A program made the translations under genes and the position numbers. Of a stretch of 62,107 nt of DNA, positions 36,904-46,783 are shown in pieces. The stretch lies in the NCBI GenBank assembly GCA_013289165.1, contig JABDAL010000006.1:171-62277 (forward strand), in the 5' to 3' direction. Origin of the DNA: Bacteroidota bacterium. Its GTDB lineage: Bacteria > Bacteroidota > Bacteroidia > JABEUT01. Within the stretch, counting starts at the first letter, position 1, and each line of letters opens with the position of its first letter. The notes under the pieces are model-generated. The model did not search any database. It saw nothing but the letters and a program-made list of their open reading frames with translations, and had not been told where the DNA came from.

Positions 36904-39723
36904 TTACCTGCTCAAATACAAATTCCGCTGGGCATATATATCAAGGAAGTATTCATCCGTGAGGTCATTAATAAAGTATATTGACTCACCGGTTGATTTC
37001 ATTTCAGGTCCTAATTCTTTCTTTACCTCGGCAAATTTGTCAAATGAAAATACCGGAACTTTTATGGCATATCCTTTTTTACGCGGGCTAAATTTGAAGT
37101 CCTTTACCTTTTTACTGCCCAGCATTATTTTGGTAGCGTAGTTCACATACGGTTCATCGTAAGCCTTGCAGATAAAGGGAACAGTACGAGATGCACGGGG
37201 ATTAGCTTCGATGATGTATACAATACCGTTCTTAATTGCAAACTGGATATTTATCAAACCAACCGTTTTCAATGCTACTGCAATTTTCCTTGTATGGTCA
37301 TCAATCTGCTTTAATACATTTTCATCAAGGTCAAAAGGAGGGAGCACGGCATACGAATCACCGGAATGGATTCCGGCAGGTTCAATGTGTTCCATAATGC
37401 CAATTATATATACGTCCTTTCCATCACACAGCGCATCAGCTTCAGCTTCTATGGCATTTTCCAAAAAGTGGTCAATCAATATTTTATTTCCGGGAATATC
37501 TTCCAGCAGAGCAACTACGTGTTGCTCCAGTTCCTCTTCATTGATTACAATTTTCATGCTTTGTCCGCCCAGTACATACGAAGGGCGCACCAGCAAAGGA
37601 AAGGTCAAATCTTTTGAAAAATCGGCAGCCTGGTCTACTGTTTCAATAACACCAAACTTAGGATAGGGTATGTTATTATCGCGCAACAATGCAGAGAATT
37701 TTCCCCTGTCTTCTGCTAAATCCAGCGATTCGAAATCAGTTCCGATTATTTTTATTCCGTAACGTTCTAACTTTTCAGCGAGCTTCAGGGCTGTTTGTCC
37801 GCCCAGTTGCACAATTACTCCTTCCGGTTTTTCATGCAAAATGATTTCATAAATATGCTCCCAAAAAACCGGCTCAAAATAGAGTTTATCTGCCACATTA
37901 AAATCGGTAGAAACTGTTTCGGGGTTACAGTTTATCATAATGGTTTCATATCCGCACTCTTTGGCAGCTAATACCCCATGAACACAGGAATAATCAAATT
38001 CTATACCCTGTCCTATGCGGTTAGGTCCGGAACCAAGTACTACTATCTTCTTTTTGTCGGAAACTATGGATTCATTTTCTTCTTCGAAAGTAGAGTAGAA
38101 ATAAGGCGTTTTAGCTTCGAACTCAGCCGCGCAGGTGTCTACCATTTTGTAAACCCTTTTTATTCCCATTTCTTCCCTGCGTTTTTTAAATACTTCGCTT
38201 TCGAGGCAACGTAAAAGGTGTGCAATCTGCCTGTCGGCATAACCCTTGCGTTTTGCTTCGAGCATCAACTCCCGGGGAATATCGTTCAGCGAGTATTTTT
38301 CTATTTCTTTTTCCAGTACAATCAATTCCTCTATCTGGCGCAGGAACCAAGGGTCTATTTGAGTTAACTTATGAACTGTTTTTACGGGTATGCCGAGTTT
38401 TAATGCATCATAAATGTGGAATAACCTGTTCCAACTTGGGCGTTCCAGGCTTTGAACAAGCTCATCCTGCTTTTTCAATTCTTTCCCGTCTGCACCTAAT
38501 CCATTTCTTTTTATTTCAAGGGACTGGCAGGCTTTCTGCAATGCTTCCTGGAAGCTGCGTCCAATGGACATTACTTCACCCACCGATTTCATTTGCAATC
38601 CCAATTCCCGCTTGGCCCCTTTAAATTTATCAAAATTCCAGCGGGGAATTTTTACAATTACATAATCCAGTGTAGGCTCAAAATAAGCAGATGTGCTTTG
38701 TGTAATTTGGTTTTTCAGTTCATCGAGGTTGTAACCTATGGCAAGCTTGGCAGCAATTTTAGCAATAGGGTATCCCGTAGCTTTCGATGCAAGTGCTGAT
38801 GAGCGCGACACACGGGGATTTATCTCAATAGCAATAATATCTTCTTTTTCATCGGGGCTAATGGCAAACTGCACATTGCAACCACCTGCAAATGTTCCAA
38901 TAGAGCGCATCATTTTAATAGCCATGGTACGCATCTTTTGGTAAGTAGTATCGGCAAGTGTCATAGCGGGAGCAACAGTAATAGAATCCCCCGTATGGAT
39001 ACCCATAGGGTCAAAATTCTCGATAGAGCAAATGATATTTACGTTGTTGTTACTATCGCGCAACAACTCTAATTCAAATTCTTTCCAGCCGAGCATGGCT
39101 TTATCAATCAACACCTCGTGGATAGGCGAAGCATGCAATCCCCGGCTAAGGGCTTCATCCAACTCATCTTTTTTATGAACGAATGATGCACCAGTTCCTC
39201 CCAATGTGTAGGATGGGCGTATAACAAGCGGGAACCCGATTTTTTGGGCGATTTCTTTTCCTTCTAAAAATGAATTGGCGATAGCAGAAGGAGCGGTGCC
39301 TACCCCAATTTCCTCCATACACTTGCGGAACTTTTCCCTGTTTTCGGTTATTTCAATGGTCTGAATATCTACTCCAATAATGCGCACACCATGTTTTTTC
39401 CACACGCCCATTTCTTCCGCTTTGATACAGAGATTAAGAGCAGTTTGCCCGCCCATAGTGGGGAGCACAGCATCTATTTTTCGCTCCTCCAATATTTTTA
39501 TAATCGAACTAACTGTCAGTGGAAGCAGGTAAATATGGTCGGCTGTAACCTTGTCAGTCATAATAGTAGCCGGGTTGGAGTTAATCAGGGAAACTTCAAT
39601 TCCTTCTTCCCTTAACGAGCGCGCAGCTTGAGAGCCCGAATAATCGAATTCGCAGGCCTGCCCAATTATAATGGGACCGCTACCTATAATTAGTACTGAT
39701 TTTATGCTTTTGTCTCTTGGCAT
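36904..39723 (-). CDS. carB: Carbamoyl-phosphate synthase large subunit
   Basis: IGSGPIIIGQACEFDYSG, NSNPATIMTD, two ATP-grasp domains, HTGDS/HSGDS, LGPEMKSTGE. Confidence 0.98.
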   Translation of the reverse strand: MPRDKSIKSVLIIGSGPIIIGQACEFDYSGSQAARSLREEGIEVSLINSNPATIMTDKVTADHIYLLPLTVSSIIKILEERKIDAVLPTMGGQTALNLCIKAEEMGVWKKHGVRIIGVDIQTIEITENREKFRKCMEEIGVGTAPSAIANSFLEGKEIAQKIGFPLVIRPSYTLGGTGASFVHKKDELDEALSRGLHASPIHEVLIDKAMLGWKEFELELLRDSNNNVNIICSIENFDPMGIHTGDSITVAPAMTLADTTYQKMRTMAIKMMRSIGTFAGGCNVQFAISPDEKEDIIAIEINPRVSRSSALASKATGYPIAKIAAKLAIGYNLDELKNQITQSTSAYFEPTLDYVIVKIPRWNFDKFKGAKRELGLQMKSVGEVMSIGRSFQEALQKACQSLEIKRNGLGADGKELKKQDELVQSLERPSWNRLFHIYDALKLGIPVKTVHKLTQIDPWFLRQIEELIVLEKEIEKYSLNDIPRELMLEAKRKGYADRQIAHLLRCLESEVFKKRREEMGIKRVYKMVDTCAAEFEAKTPYFYSTFEEENESIVSDKKKIVVLGSGPNRIGQGIEFDYSCVHGVLAAKECGYETIMINCNPETVSTDFNVADKLYFEPVFWEHIYEIILHEKPEGVIVQLGGQTALKLAEKLERYGIKIIGTDFESLDLAEDRGKFSALLRDNNIPYPKFGVIETVDQAADFSKDLTFPLLVRPSYVLGGQSMKIVINEEELEQHVVALLEDIPGNKILIDHFLENAIEAEADALCDGKDVYIIGIMEHIEPAGIHSGDSYAVLPPFDLDENVLKQIDDHTRKIAVALKTVGLINIQFAIKNGIVYIIEANPRASRTVPFICKAYDEPYVNYATKIMLGSKKVKDFKFSPRKKGYAIKVPVFSFDKFAEVKKELGPEMKSTGESIYFINDLTDEYFLDIYAQRNLYLSR

Positions 39724-39841
39724 GGAGGTGTATTTACGGGGCGCAAATTTAGAGAATTATGAGGTACAAATTATAGGATATAAATTCCTTCTAAAAAGAT
39801 TTATTCTTTTTGTATCTTGCAATCTTATTAAACACCCGTCT

Positions 39842-41611
39842 ATGGAACCCATGCGCATATTCGACATCCCCTATTTACACAACAAAAAGTTCCCGAAAGA
39901 GGATTGTATAGCTTCGAAAGTCAACGGGGCCTGGCAAAAAATTAGTACCGCGCAATTAATTTCCATTGCTGAGAATTTAGCATACGGATTTATTGATGCC
40001 GGAATTAACAAAGGGGATAAAATAGCTACCATCTGCTCGAATAACCGCATCGAATGGAACTTTACCGACCTGGCAATTTTGCTGACGGGTGCTATTCATG
40101 TGCCGATTTATCCTACTATAAGCGATGAGGATTATAAATTTATTTTCACTGATGCGGAAATAAAATATGTTTTTGTATCTGATGAAAAATTGTATGACCG
40201 GATTAAGGTTATTGTAAAAGACATTCCAGCAATAAAAGAGGTATACACGTTTAATGAAATAAATGGGGCACACCATTGGAAGGAGTTGTTGGCAATAGGT
40301 GAAAAAAATCCCTGCCCGGAAAGGCTGGAATCTATTAAAAAGTCTATTGAGCCCGGTGCATTGGCTACCCTTATTTATACATCGGGAACAACAGGAACTC
40401 CTAAAGGGGTAATGTTGTCGCATACTAATATAGTGAGCAACGTGGAAGCTGCAACCATATTTGTTCCTGTGCAGGCAGGGGGCAGGGCATTAAGCTTTCT
40501 TCCCTTGTGCCATGTATATGAGCGCATGTTGAATTACCTGTATCAATATTTAGGGATATCCATTTATTATGCAGAAAGCATTGACGCTATTGGTGACAAC
40601 CTGAAAGAAGTGAAGCCGGATATATTTGTGGCAGTTCCCCGTGTGCTGGAAAAGGTATATGATAAAGTTCTTGCGGCAGGTAATGCCCTGAAAGGAATTA
40701 AAAAGAAACTTTTCTTTTGGTCGGTAAATTTGGGTGTACGCTATGAACTTGACCACGCTAATGGCTGGTGGTATGATTTCCAATTAGGCATTGCCCGTAA
40801 GCTGGTTTTTAAAAAATGGCAGGAGGGCATAGGCGGCAATATAAAAACGATTGTATCGGGTAGTGCGCCTTTACAACCCCGCTTGCAGCGGGTGTTTTGG
40901 GCGGCTGGAATACCTATACTGGAAGGCTATGGACTTACAGAAACATCACCCGTTATATCAGTAAACCTATTGGAACCGGGAGGTGCAAAGTTTGGAACGG
41001 TGGGCCCAGTGCTACCGGGAGTGGAAGTGAAAATGGCTGACGATGGGGAAATATTATGTAAAGGCCCTAATGTAACAATGGGTTATTATAAGCGCCCCGA
41101 CCTTACTATGGAGGCTATTGACAGGGATGGCTGGTTCCATACGGGCGATATTGGAGTTTTTAAAGATAAATTCCTGATGATAACCGACCGCAAAAAGGAA
41201 CTGTTAAAAACATCAGGGGGAAAATATGTAGCGCCCCAGCCTATTGAAAATAAAATGAAAGAATCGCCCTATATATCGCAAATAATGGTGGTGGGCGACG
41301 GACGTAAATTTACGGGGGCATTAATTGTTCCTAACTTTCACAACCTGGAGGCCTGGTGCAAAGCGAATAATATACCTGTAGACAATAACCGCAGACTGCT
41401 TATACAAAATGATAAGGTACATCACCTGTTTGAGACGGAAAGGGACCGCTTGAATGCAAGCTTTGGACACATAGAGCAGGTGAAACGTTTTGAACTTTTG
41501 CCGGATGAATGGACCACCGATGGTGGGGAACTTACACCTACTCTTAAATTGAAACGGAAAGTTATTTTGGAAAAATATAAATTTTCGATAGAGAAGATTT
41601 ATGCGGAATAA
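39842..41611 (+). CDS. Long-chain fatty acid--CoA ligase (AMP-binding)
   Basis: IYTSGTTGTPKGVML, FLPLCH, EGYGLTET, WFHTGDIG, TDRKKE, LTPTLK. Start set to ATG 39842. Confidence 0.94.
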   Translation: MEPMRIFDIPYLHNKKFPKEDCIASKVNGAWQKISTAQLISIAENLAYGFIDAGINKGDKIATICSNNRIEWNFTDLAILLTGAIHVPIYPTISDEDYKFIFTDAEIKYVFVSDEKLYDRIKVIVKDIPAIKEVYTFNEINGAHHWKELLAIGEKNPCPERLESIKKSIEPGALATLIYTSGTTGTPKGVMLSHTNIVSNVEAATIFVPVQAGGRALSFLPLCHVYERMLNYLYQYLGISIYYAESIDAIGDNLKEVKPDIFVAVPRVLEKVYDKVLAAGNALKGIKKKLFFWSVNLGVRYELDHANGWWYDFQLGIARKLVFKKWQEGIGGNIKTIVSGSAPLQPRLQRVFWAAGIPILEGYGLTETSPVISVNLLEPGGAKFGTVGPVLPGVEVKMADDGEILCKGPNVTMGYYKRPDLTMEAIDRDGWFHTGDIGVFKDKFLMITDRKKELLKTSGGKYVAPQPIENKMKESPYISQIMVVGDGRKFTGALIVPNFHNLEAWCKANNIPVDNNRRLLIQNDKVHHLFETERDRLNASFGHIEQVKRFELLPDEWTTDGGELTPTLKLKRKVILEKYKFSIEKIYAE

Positions 41612-41620
41612 AATGATTTT

Positions 41621-42241
41621 ATGAAAGAAGATATACTTGAACAAATTGCTGACGATTGGCTACAATCTAGAGGTGGACTTACAAAAGCAAATGTTATGTA
41701 TGGTCGTGGTAAGGGCAATAAGTCAGATATTGATATTATTGCAATTCATCCCAACCCCAAAGAATTAGGAATTAATGGAGTATCGATAGTTTCCTGTAAA
41801 TCATGGACAGGAGGTTTTAACTGTACTAATTGGTATAATTGGCTGACAAAAGACCCTAATAAAATAATTTCTGGTAGAGAAGCATGGAAAAAATTTAGAG
41901 AATTGGTTAAGAAAGAGTGGTCAACAGCTTTTGTCAAAGAAATCGAAAACCAAACTGGGTCGTGTTCATTTACCTATTATGTTGCTGTTACAAAAACCAA
42001 AGGCGATATTAAGAAATTTGAAAATATATTGAAAAAAGGGGGAGCTAAGGAAGTAAAAATTAAAATAATCACATTAAATGAAATGCTTATCAGTATATAT
42101 AAGAAAATAGAAGACGAAATAAAGGAGAAAAAACATACTCTTCAGCCAACTGTTGTAGGACGATTATTTCAAGTAATGATAGCTTCAGGATTTCAAACCC
42201 CTACAAAAGAATTACGAAAGCCCAATACAACAAAGAAATGA
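41621..42241 (+). CDS. Hypothetical protein with PD-(D/E)XK restriction-endonuclease-like motif
   Basis: E in the first helix (EDILEQIADDWL), SDIDIIA, then VSCKSW in the E-x-K position. AT-richer than its neighbours by eye. Confidence 0.55.
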   Translation: MKEDILEQIADDWLQSRGGLTKANVMYGRGKGNKSDIDIIAIHPNPKELGINGVSIVSCKSWTGGFNCTNWYNWLTKDPNKIISGREAWKKFRELVKKEWSTAFVKEIENQTGSCSFTYYVAVTKTKGDIKKFENILKKGGAKEVKIKIITLNEMLISIYKKIEDEIKEKKHTLQPTVVGRLFQVMIASGFQTPTKELRKPNTTKK

Positions 42242-42261
42242 AGAAGCGGTAGGAATCCGGC

Positions 42262-44793
42262 CTAAAACTCCATCGCCAACCTTACATTCACTTCACGGGC
42301 TGTGAGGTAATTTGGGACTGCATATTTGTTGCCATTTACATCGGAAATCCATTCGTAGGATATTACGTTGTTAGCCTGGAGCAGGTTAAACACTTCAACA
42401 CCTATCCACATCTTTTTAAAATACTTGGCAACGCCGTGGTTATTTTTCTGTCCTTTTCTGCCCACTATAAGATAGGAGCCTCCAATGTCAACCCTTTCGT
42501 AGGGAGGAGTTCTGAGCGTGTCGCTATACAGGTTATTAGGAATACCAAATGGAATTCCTGTTCCAAAAATCAGGTTAAGATGCACTTTGAAATTTGGGAA
42601 ACGGGGTAAATAATCCTGGAAAAACATGCTGAAAGTTACGCGCTGGTCAAGGGGCATGGGCATAGTGCTTACAGGGAATTGTTGGGTATAAGCAACCGTA
42701 TTATCTGCTGTTACACCCGGTATTATTTGTTCCCCAAATGAATTATAATCAACCGTTGAATAGGCGTTATTTATAGTGTATCGTGCATCTAGAATAGATA
42801 CGCTTGCCCAGGACTCAAGCCCCTGTACAAATTCGCCTCCTATTTTAGAATCAATACCCGCTGCATACCCGTGTGCAGTCATAGTTGGGTAGTATTGTAC
42901 ATATACATTATCAATATCATACGGAATAACATTTACCAGTTGCTTGTAGTATACTTCTGTTATCAGTTTAAATGGACGTCCCCAGGCTTTAAAATTATAA
43001 TCACTGCCTAATACATAATGGATAGATTCCTGGTCTTTTACATTCTTATCCAGGTTGCCTTGCAAGTCAATAAGCTCCCTGTAAAATGGAGGCTGGTAAT
43101 ATAAGCCACTCGATAAACGGAATAGCACATCTCTTTTCCAATTGGGTTTATAAGCTATAGAACCCCTCGGACTTATTACGGTTTCATTATTTACATCCCA
43201 ATAATTAGCACGTACCCCTTCCGTAATCGTAAGGTATGAATTACCGGAACCATGCCATTTATTATTATTTTCTACATACCCCATTACACGATTTGACTGG
43301 AGTGTATCGAATGTCTTCACTACATTTTGAAGCTCCAATATAGAAGAGCTGTAAGGAAGAGAATATCCGGCAGAGTCAATAAAATTCCACTGGCTGATTT
43401 GGCTGGTTACTATTTCGTGTTGGACAGAAGCCCCCCACAGGAATTTACCGGTAGTATTATAATCATATTCTCCCTGGTGTTGCAGGCTGTATACTTGTGC
43501 ATTCAAATCATCACGGGCATGGTTCAGATACGTACCGACTCCTAAATTAAAAGCGGGTTTGCCAAAGCCTGAAGTCCCCTGGTTAGTATTAAGCTGGCTA
43601 ATCAAATAATCTCCTTCAATGTCATAGTCCTGTGTTTCCTGGTCATTGTATGCGGAGGCAATAAGCCGCAGGGTCACCTTGTCGCTTGCTTTATACTTTA
43701 ATGCGGTAGCGCCTGTCATGGTAAGGTAGTTATCTACTTCCTGTCCCTGGAAATAAACCTGTAATTGATATGCGAGGCTCACCGTGCCAAAGGATGTGGT
43801 CTGGCTTTGGGGAATGAACTGGTAAACATTTTCGGAGATATTGCCGAGTATCTCCAGTTCAAGCCTGTCGGTAATAGCATAGGTCATATAAATCTGCCCG
43901 TCTAAAAACCAGGGTTTGTAAGAACCTTGCACATCCAGTGTATTAAGCAGGTATTGGTTCGTTTTATAACGTGCCCCGGCAATATACGTAAAGCGGTGAT
44001 TTTTACTTACCCCTTCAATATGCCCTGTAGCGCCCAGCAGGCTTGCGGAAACAGAAGCCGCAAAAGCAGTAGGTTGCTTATACGTTACGTCGAGCACCGA
44101 AGACATTTTATCTCCATATTTAGCTTCAAACCCCCCTGCTGAAAAATAGGCAGATGAAACCATATCAGGATTTATAAAACTGAGCCCTTCCTGTTCTCCA
44201 TTCTCTATAAGAAAAGGCCGAAAAACTTCAATACCATTTACATATACTAAGTTCTCATCATATCCGCCGCCTCTCACAGAATATTCCGAGCCCAGCTCGC
44301 TGCGTGTAGCAACACCGGGAGCCGTGGTTAATATGGCATTGAAGTCACTGGAGGGCATGGGGATAGAGGTTACTACGTTTGTATTTAGTTCCAATAATCC
44401 TTCCGAATTGTGTTTCATAGCTGTAACACTGGCTGTATCAAGCAATATGCTGGGAGAAATATTAAGAGGAAGAGTATATTCCATTACTTCTCCACTTTTC
44501 AATTTTACTTTCATGTAGTGGGTTACGTAACCATAGTGAATAAAGCCTACTTCAATTTCTTTTTCTGCCGGAACAGTGAGCGAAAACCTGCCAAGGCTAT
44601 CGGTATATACCGGCGGAAGGGGGTTTCCTACAACGTCTATAATTACATTCTGCAGGGGTTGCCCCAAGCTGTCCTTTATCACTCCTTTAATGGTAGCTGT
44701 TTGGCAAATGCCGGCCTGGTGAAAAGCAAAAAAGAAAGAGGGAATGATAAACAGAAGTTTTATTCTGTCACTAAAAGCCTTCGTCACCTGCAA
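42262..44793 (-). CDS. TonB-dependent receptor with carboxypeptidase-regulatory-like N-domain
   Basis: Plug motifs PGV...YSVRGG..ENLVYVNG and AGGFEAKYGDKMSSVLD. C-terminal VPNYLT...EF. Confidence 0.9.
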   Translation of the reverse strand: MQVTKAFSDRIKLLFIIPSFFFAFHQAGICQTATIKGVIKDSLGQPLQNVIIDVVGNPLPPVYTDSLGRFSLTVPAEKEIEVGFIHYGYVTHYMKVKLKSGEVMEYTLPLNISPSILLDTASVTAMKHNSEGLLELNTNVVTSIPMPSSDFNAILTTAPGVATRSELGSEYSVRGGGYDENLVYVNGIEVFRPFLIENGEQEGLSFINPDMVSSAYFSAGGFEAKYGDKMSSVLDVTYKQPTAFAASVSASLLGATGHIEGVSKNHRFTYIAGARYKTNQYLLNTLDVQGSYKPWFLDGQIYMTYAITDRLELEILGNISENVYQFIPQSQTTSFGTVSLAYQLQVYFQGQEVDNYLTMTGATALKYKASDKVTLRLIASAYNDQETQDYDIEGDYLISQLNTNQGTSGFGKPAFNLGVGTYLNHARDDLNAQVYSLQHQGEYDYNTTGKFLWGASVQHEIVTSQISQWNFIDSAGYSLPYSSSILELQNVVKTFDTLQSNRVMGYVENNNKWHGSGNSYLTITEGVRANYWDVNNETVISPRGSIAYKPNWKRDVLFRLSSGLYYQPPFYRELIDLQGNLDKNVKDQESIHYVLGSDYNFKAWGRPFKLITEVYYKQLVNVIPYDIDNVYVQYYPTMTAHGYAAGIDSKIGGEFVQGLESWASVSILDARYTINNAYSTVDYNSFGEQIIPGVTADNTVAYTQQFPVSTMPMPLDQRVTFSMFFQDYLPRFPNFKVHLNLIFGTGIPFGIPNNLYSDTLRTPPYERVDIGGSYLIVGRKGQKNNHGVAKYFKKMWIGVEVFNLLQANNVISYEWISDVNGNKYAVPNYLTAREVNVRLAMEF

Positions 44794-44851
44794 TTAAAAA
44801 TTAGTAAAGTATTACTGTAATCAGGGGATAAATGTATTAATTCTATGCAGT

Positions 44852-45499
44852 TTATTGAACATTTAGGGAGCCGTCTTTCCAGGCCTGTATAAATTGTGCC
44901 CAGGCAAGAGGATTGAAGAGGTTATTAGGCGGCAATTGTCCTGCATAGTATAACTTATCATTCTCCTGTTGCACGGTTTGCAGGTAGTTGACCCCAGGCG
45001 AACGGGCATCGTTACTAAACCGGGCTTTGCGGGCTGCAAGCGCCATATTGGCCCTTGCACGGTCGAGGTCGTTATTCGGTATATCTAATCGCAGAAAAGC
45101 GGATTTAAATTGTTCCTTTGAGGGCCAGGAATAGAACACAAAGGGCTTTAAATGAACAGTGTCTCTTGTCATAAGATGTATCTGGAAAAAGTATTTCTCA
45201 ACCTTGAGCGTATCGGGAACCCGGAAGAAATTGGTCTGGTAACCTATAGCAGAAAATAAGATGGTGTCATTCGGCTGGGCAACCAATGAAAAGAAGCCGG
45301 TATAATCGGATACTATCCCACCACCTGTTCTTTTTACCAGGATGGCTGTATAAGGAATTGGGACTAAACTGTCCTTATCTACCACTACCCCCGAAAGCTG
45401 CATTACCCTGTCAAGCTTTTGTGCCTGTGCATGGCAACGGCAGGCAAGGGTGATAAACAAAGCGGGGAGCAGTAAAGTGAACAATAGCCGTTTGAACAT
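44852..45499 (-). CDS. Carboxypeptidase-like regulatory domain protein
   Basis: Signal peptide, QLSGVV.D...G.FS...DTI.FS.IGY, C-terminal NPLAWAQFI. Confidence 0.82.
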   Translation of the reverse strand: MFKRLLFTLLLPALFITLACRCHAQAQKLDRVMQLSGVVVDKDSLVPIPYTAILVKRTGGGIVSDYTGFFSLVAQPNDTILFSAIGYQTNFFRVPDTLKVEKYFFQIHLMTRDTVHLKPFVFYSWPSKEQFKSAFLRLDIPNNDLDRARANMALAARKARFSNDARSPGVNYLQTVQQENDKLYYAGQLPPNNLFNPLAWAQFIQAWKDGSLNVQ

Positions 45500-45505
45500 A
45501 GCTCT

Positions 45506-45892
45506 TTAATTATTTTTACAGGGAACTATCAGTTTAAAAAGAGGGATATCAACGAAAAACGTAGTTCCGTCTATTTTATTTTCCATCAGGTAGGTTCCAT
45601 ATATTTTACCTGCCTCACTGATAAGCGGGCAAAATGATTCATATTGATATTCTTCGGAGGGGTATAACGTAGGTTTTTGAGATACAACACCTTCTCCCTC
45701 CACCTCGCTCCAGCCTGACATACTGTCGAATATATGCCAGTGCCTTCTAAGTAATTGGACAGGGTTAGAAGTATTGTTTTCGATAAGTATACGATATGAG
45801 AATATAAAATAATGGTTTGCCGGACGCGAATGGGCTGCCTCATAATTACTTTGTACCGTTATTTTAACCCCATGGGTTGTAAGTGTAACCAT
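45506..45892 (-). CDS. apaG: ApaG protein
   Basis: FSYRILIEN, VQLLRRHWHI, EVEGEGVV, YQYES, G.Y.M, F.VDIP.F. Start at MVTLTT. Confidence 0.93.
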   Translation of the reverse strand: MVTLTTHGVKITVQSNYEAAHSRPANHYFIFSYRILIENNTSNPVQLLRRHWHIFDSMSGWSEVEGEGVVSQKPTLYPSEEYQYESFCPLISEAGKIYGTYLMENKIDGTTFFVDIPLFKLIVPCKNN

Positions 45893-45998
45893 ATACTTCG
45901 CAAGTATAGTAAATATTAATAACACATTATTTTTTGACTTCTGTTATCTCAAGCCCCAAAGGTATTGTTTGGCACAAGCGCGAATTTTTGCGAAAAAA

Positions 45999-46350
45999 TC
46001 AATAAAATTCTATTGAATTGAAAAGTTTTATGTCACGGTTTTTCACGAAACGGACAATGTGACATAATGATAGTAGGTTCACAAAACCAGATACTTATGG
46101 TGGCTTTGCAGCGTGACGTATTTTTTTGACCACCGTGACATATCTTTTTGCCATGCAAGTGTATACTAATTGCATGACAAATAAGCTGGCTGTAAGCCGC
46201 AGATTGACAGGTTATAACAAGCCTTTAAGATAACAGGTTAGGACGGGTAAATTACTACAGGGTTATGTCACGGTATAGTAAGAACCGTGACATAAAACAT
46301 GTAAACAATAGATTTATAGGTGGTTATGGTGTAATATGACCCGTGACATA
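45999..46350. repeat. Cluster of TATGTCACGGT/ACCGTGACATA boxes and palindromes
   Basis: Boxes at 46029(+), 46056(-, 2 mismatches), 46110(-, 2 mismatches), 46132(-), 46264(+), 46284(-), 46340(-, 1 mismatch). Extra inverted repeats at 45999-46016 and 46147-46181. Confidence 0.85.
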
Positions 46351-46550
46351 TTTTACGGTAGATTAAGTAAACTTTGTAGGATTTGTATTTGAAACAATTT
46401 ATCCTTTTTTGAATCATCCATTATAACAGGAGAGCACTGTGCAAATTTTACCGGGGCTGATATGGGAAGTTTATAATCCTTAATAAATTTATTCACTAAT
46501 TTTTTAAGGTAATGTCATAGTTAGAGACAGTAATATTAATTAACTGATTG

Positions 46551-46781
46551 TTATATAATTACTTGAGTATTTTCATGGCATTGCCCCAGTGTTTTTTTGG
46601 TCCATACGGGTGGGTCAGGTAAACTGGCTATACGGGAATACCATACCATTTGCACCAATAATATATGAGCCATAATCTCAAGGCTCTTTTCGTCGGTTTC
46701 TTGCAGTTGAGTAAGGGCATCTAAAATGCGGGCATTGGCCCACATTTCATAATTAAAGAGAGTGGTTATGTGTTTTTTCAT
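46551..46781 (-). pseudogene. Truncated DinB-family protein (N-terminal half)
   Basis: LFNYEMWANARIL...MAHILLVQMVWYSRI matches the DinB N-terminus. I see no C-terminal NH..YHRGQ motif downstream. Confidence 0.75.
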
Positions 46782-46783
46782 GG

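Noticed and set aside
36904-39723. CarB shorter than E. coli CarB (no C-terminal MGS-like domain)
   Set aside because: Short CarB forms are, to my knowledge, common in Bacteroidota. The ORF ends cleanly, so it is not treated as a pseudogene or novelty.
39671-39841. N-terminal extension of the acyl-CoA ligase overlapping carB (similar extensions on rlmN, hemB, crp, meaB, apaG and the VPS10-like gene)
   Set aside because: These are longest-ORF artefacts. Promoter positions and domain starts support the downstream ATGs.
45999-46350. CRISPR array or parS/DnaA-box interpretation of the repeat block
   Set aside because: Repeats are 11 nt, in mixed orientation and irregularly spaced, and there are no cas genes. 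They do not match parS (TGTTTCACGTGAAACA) or TTATCCACA.
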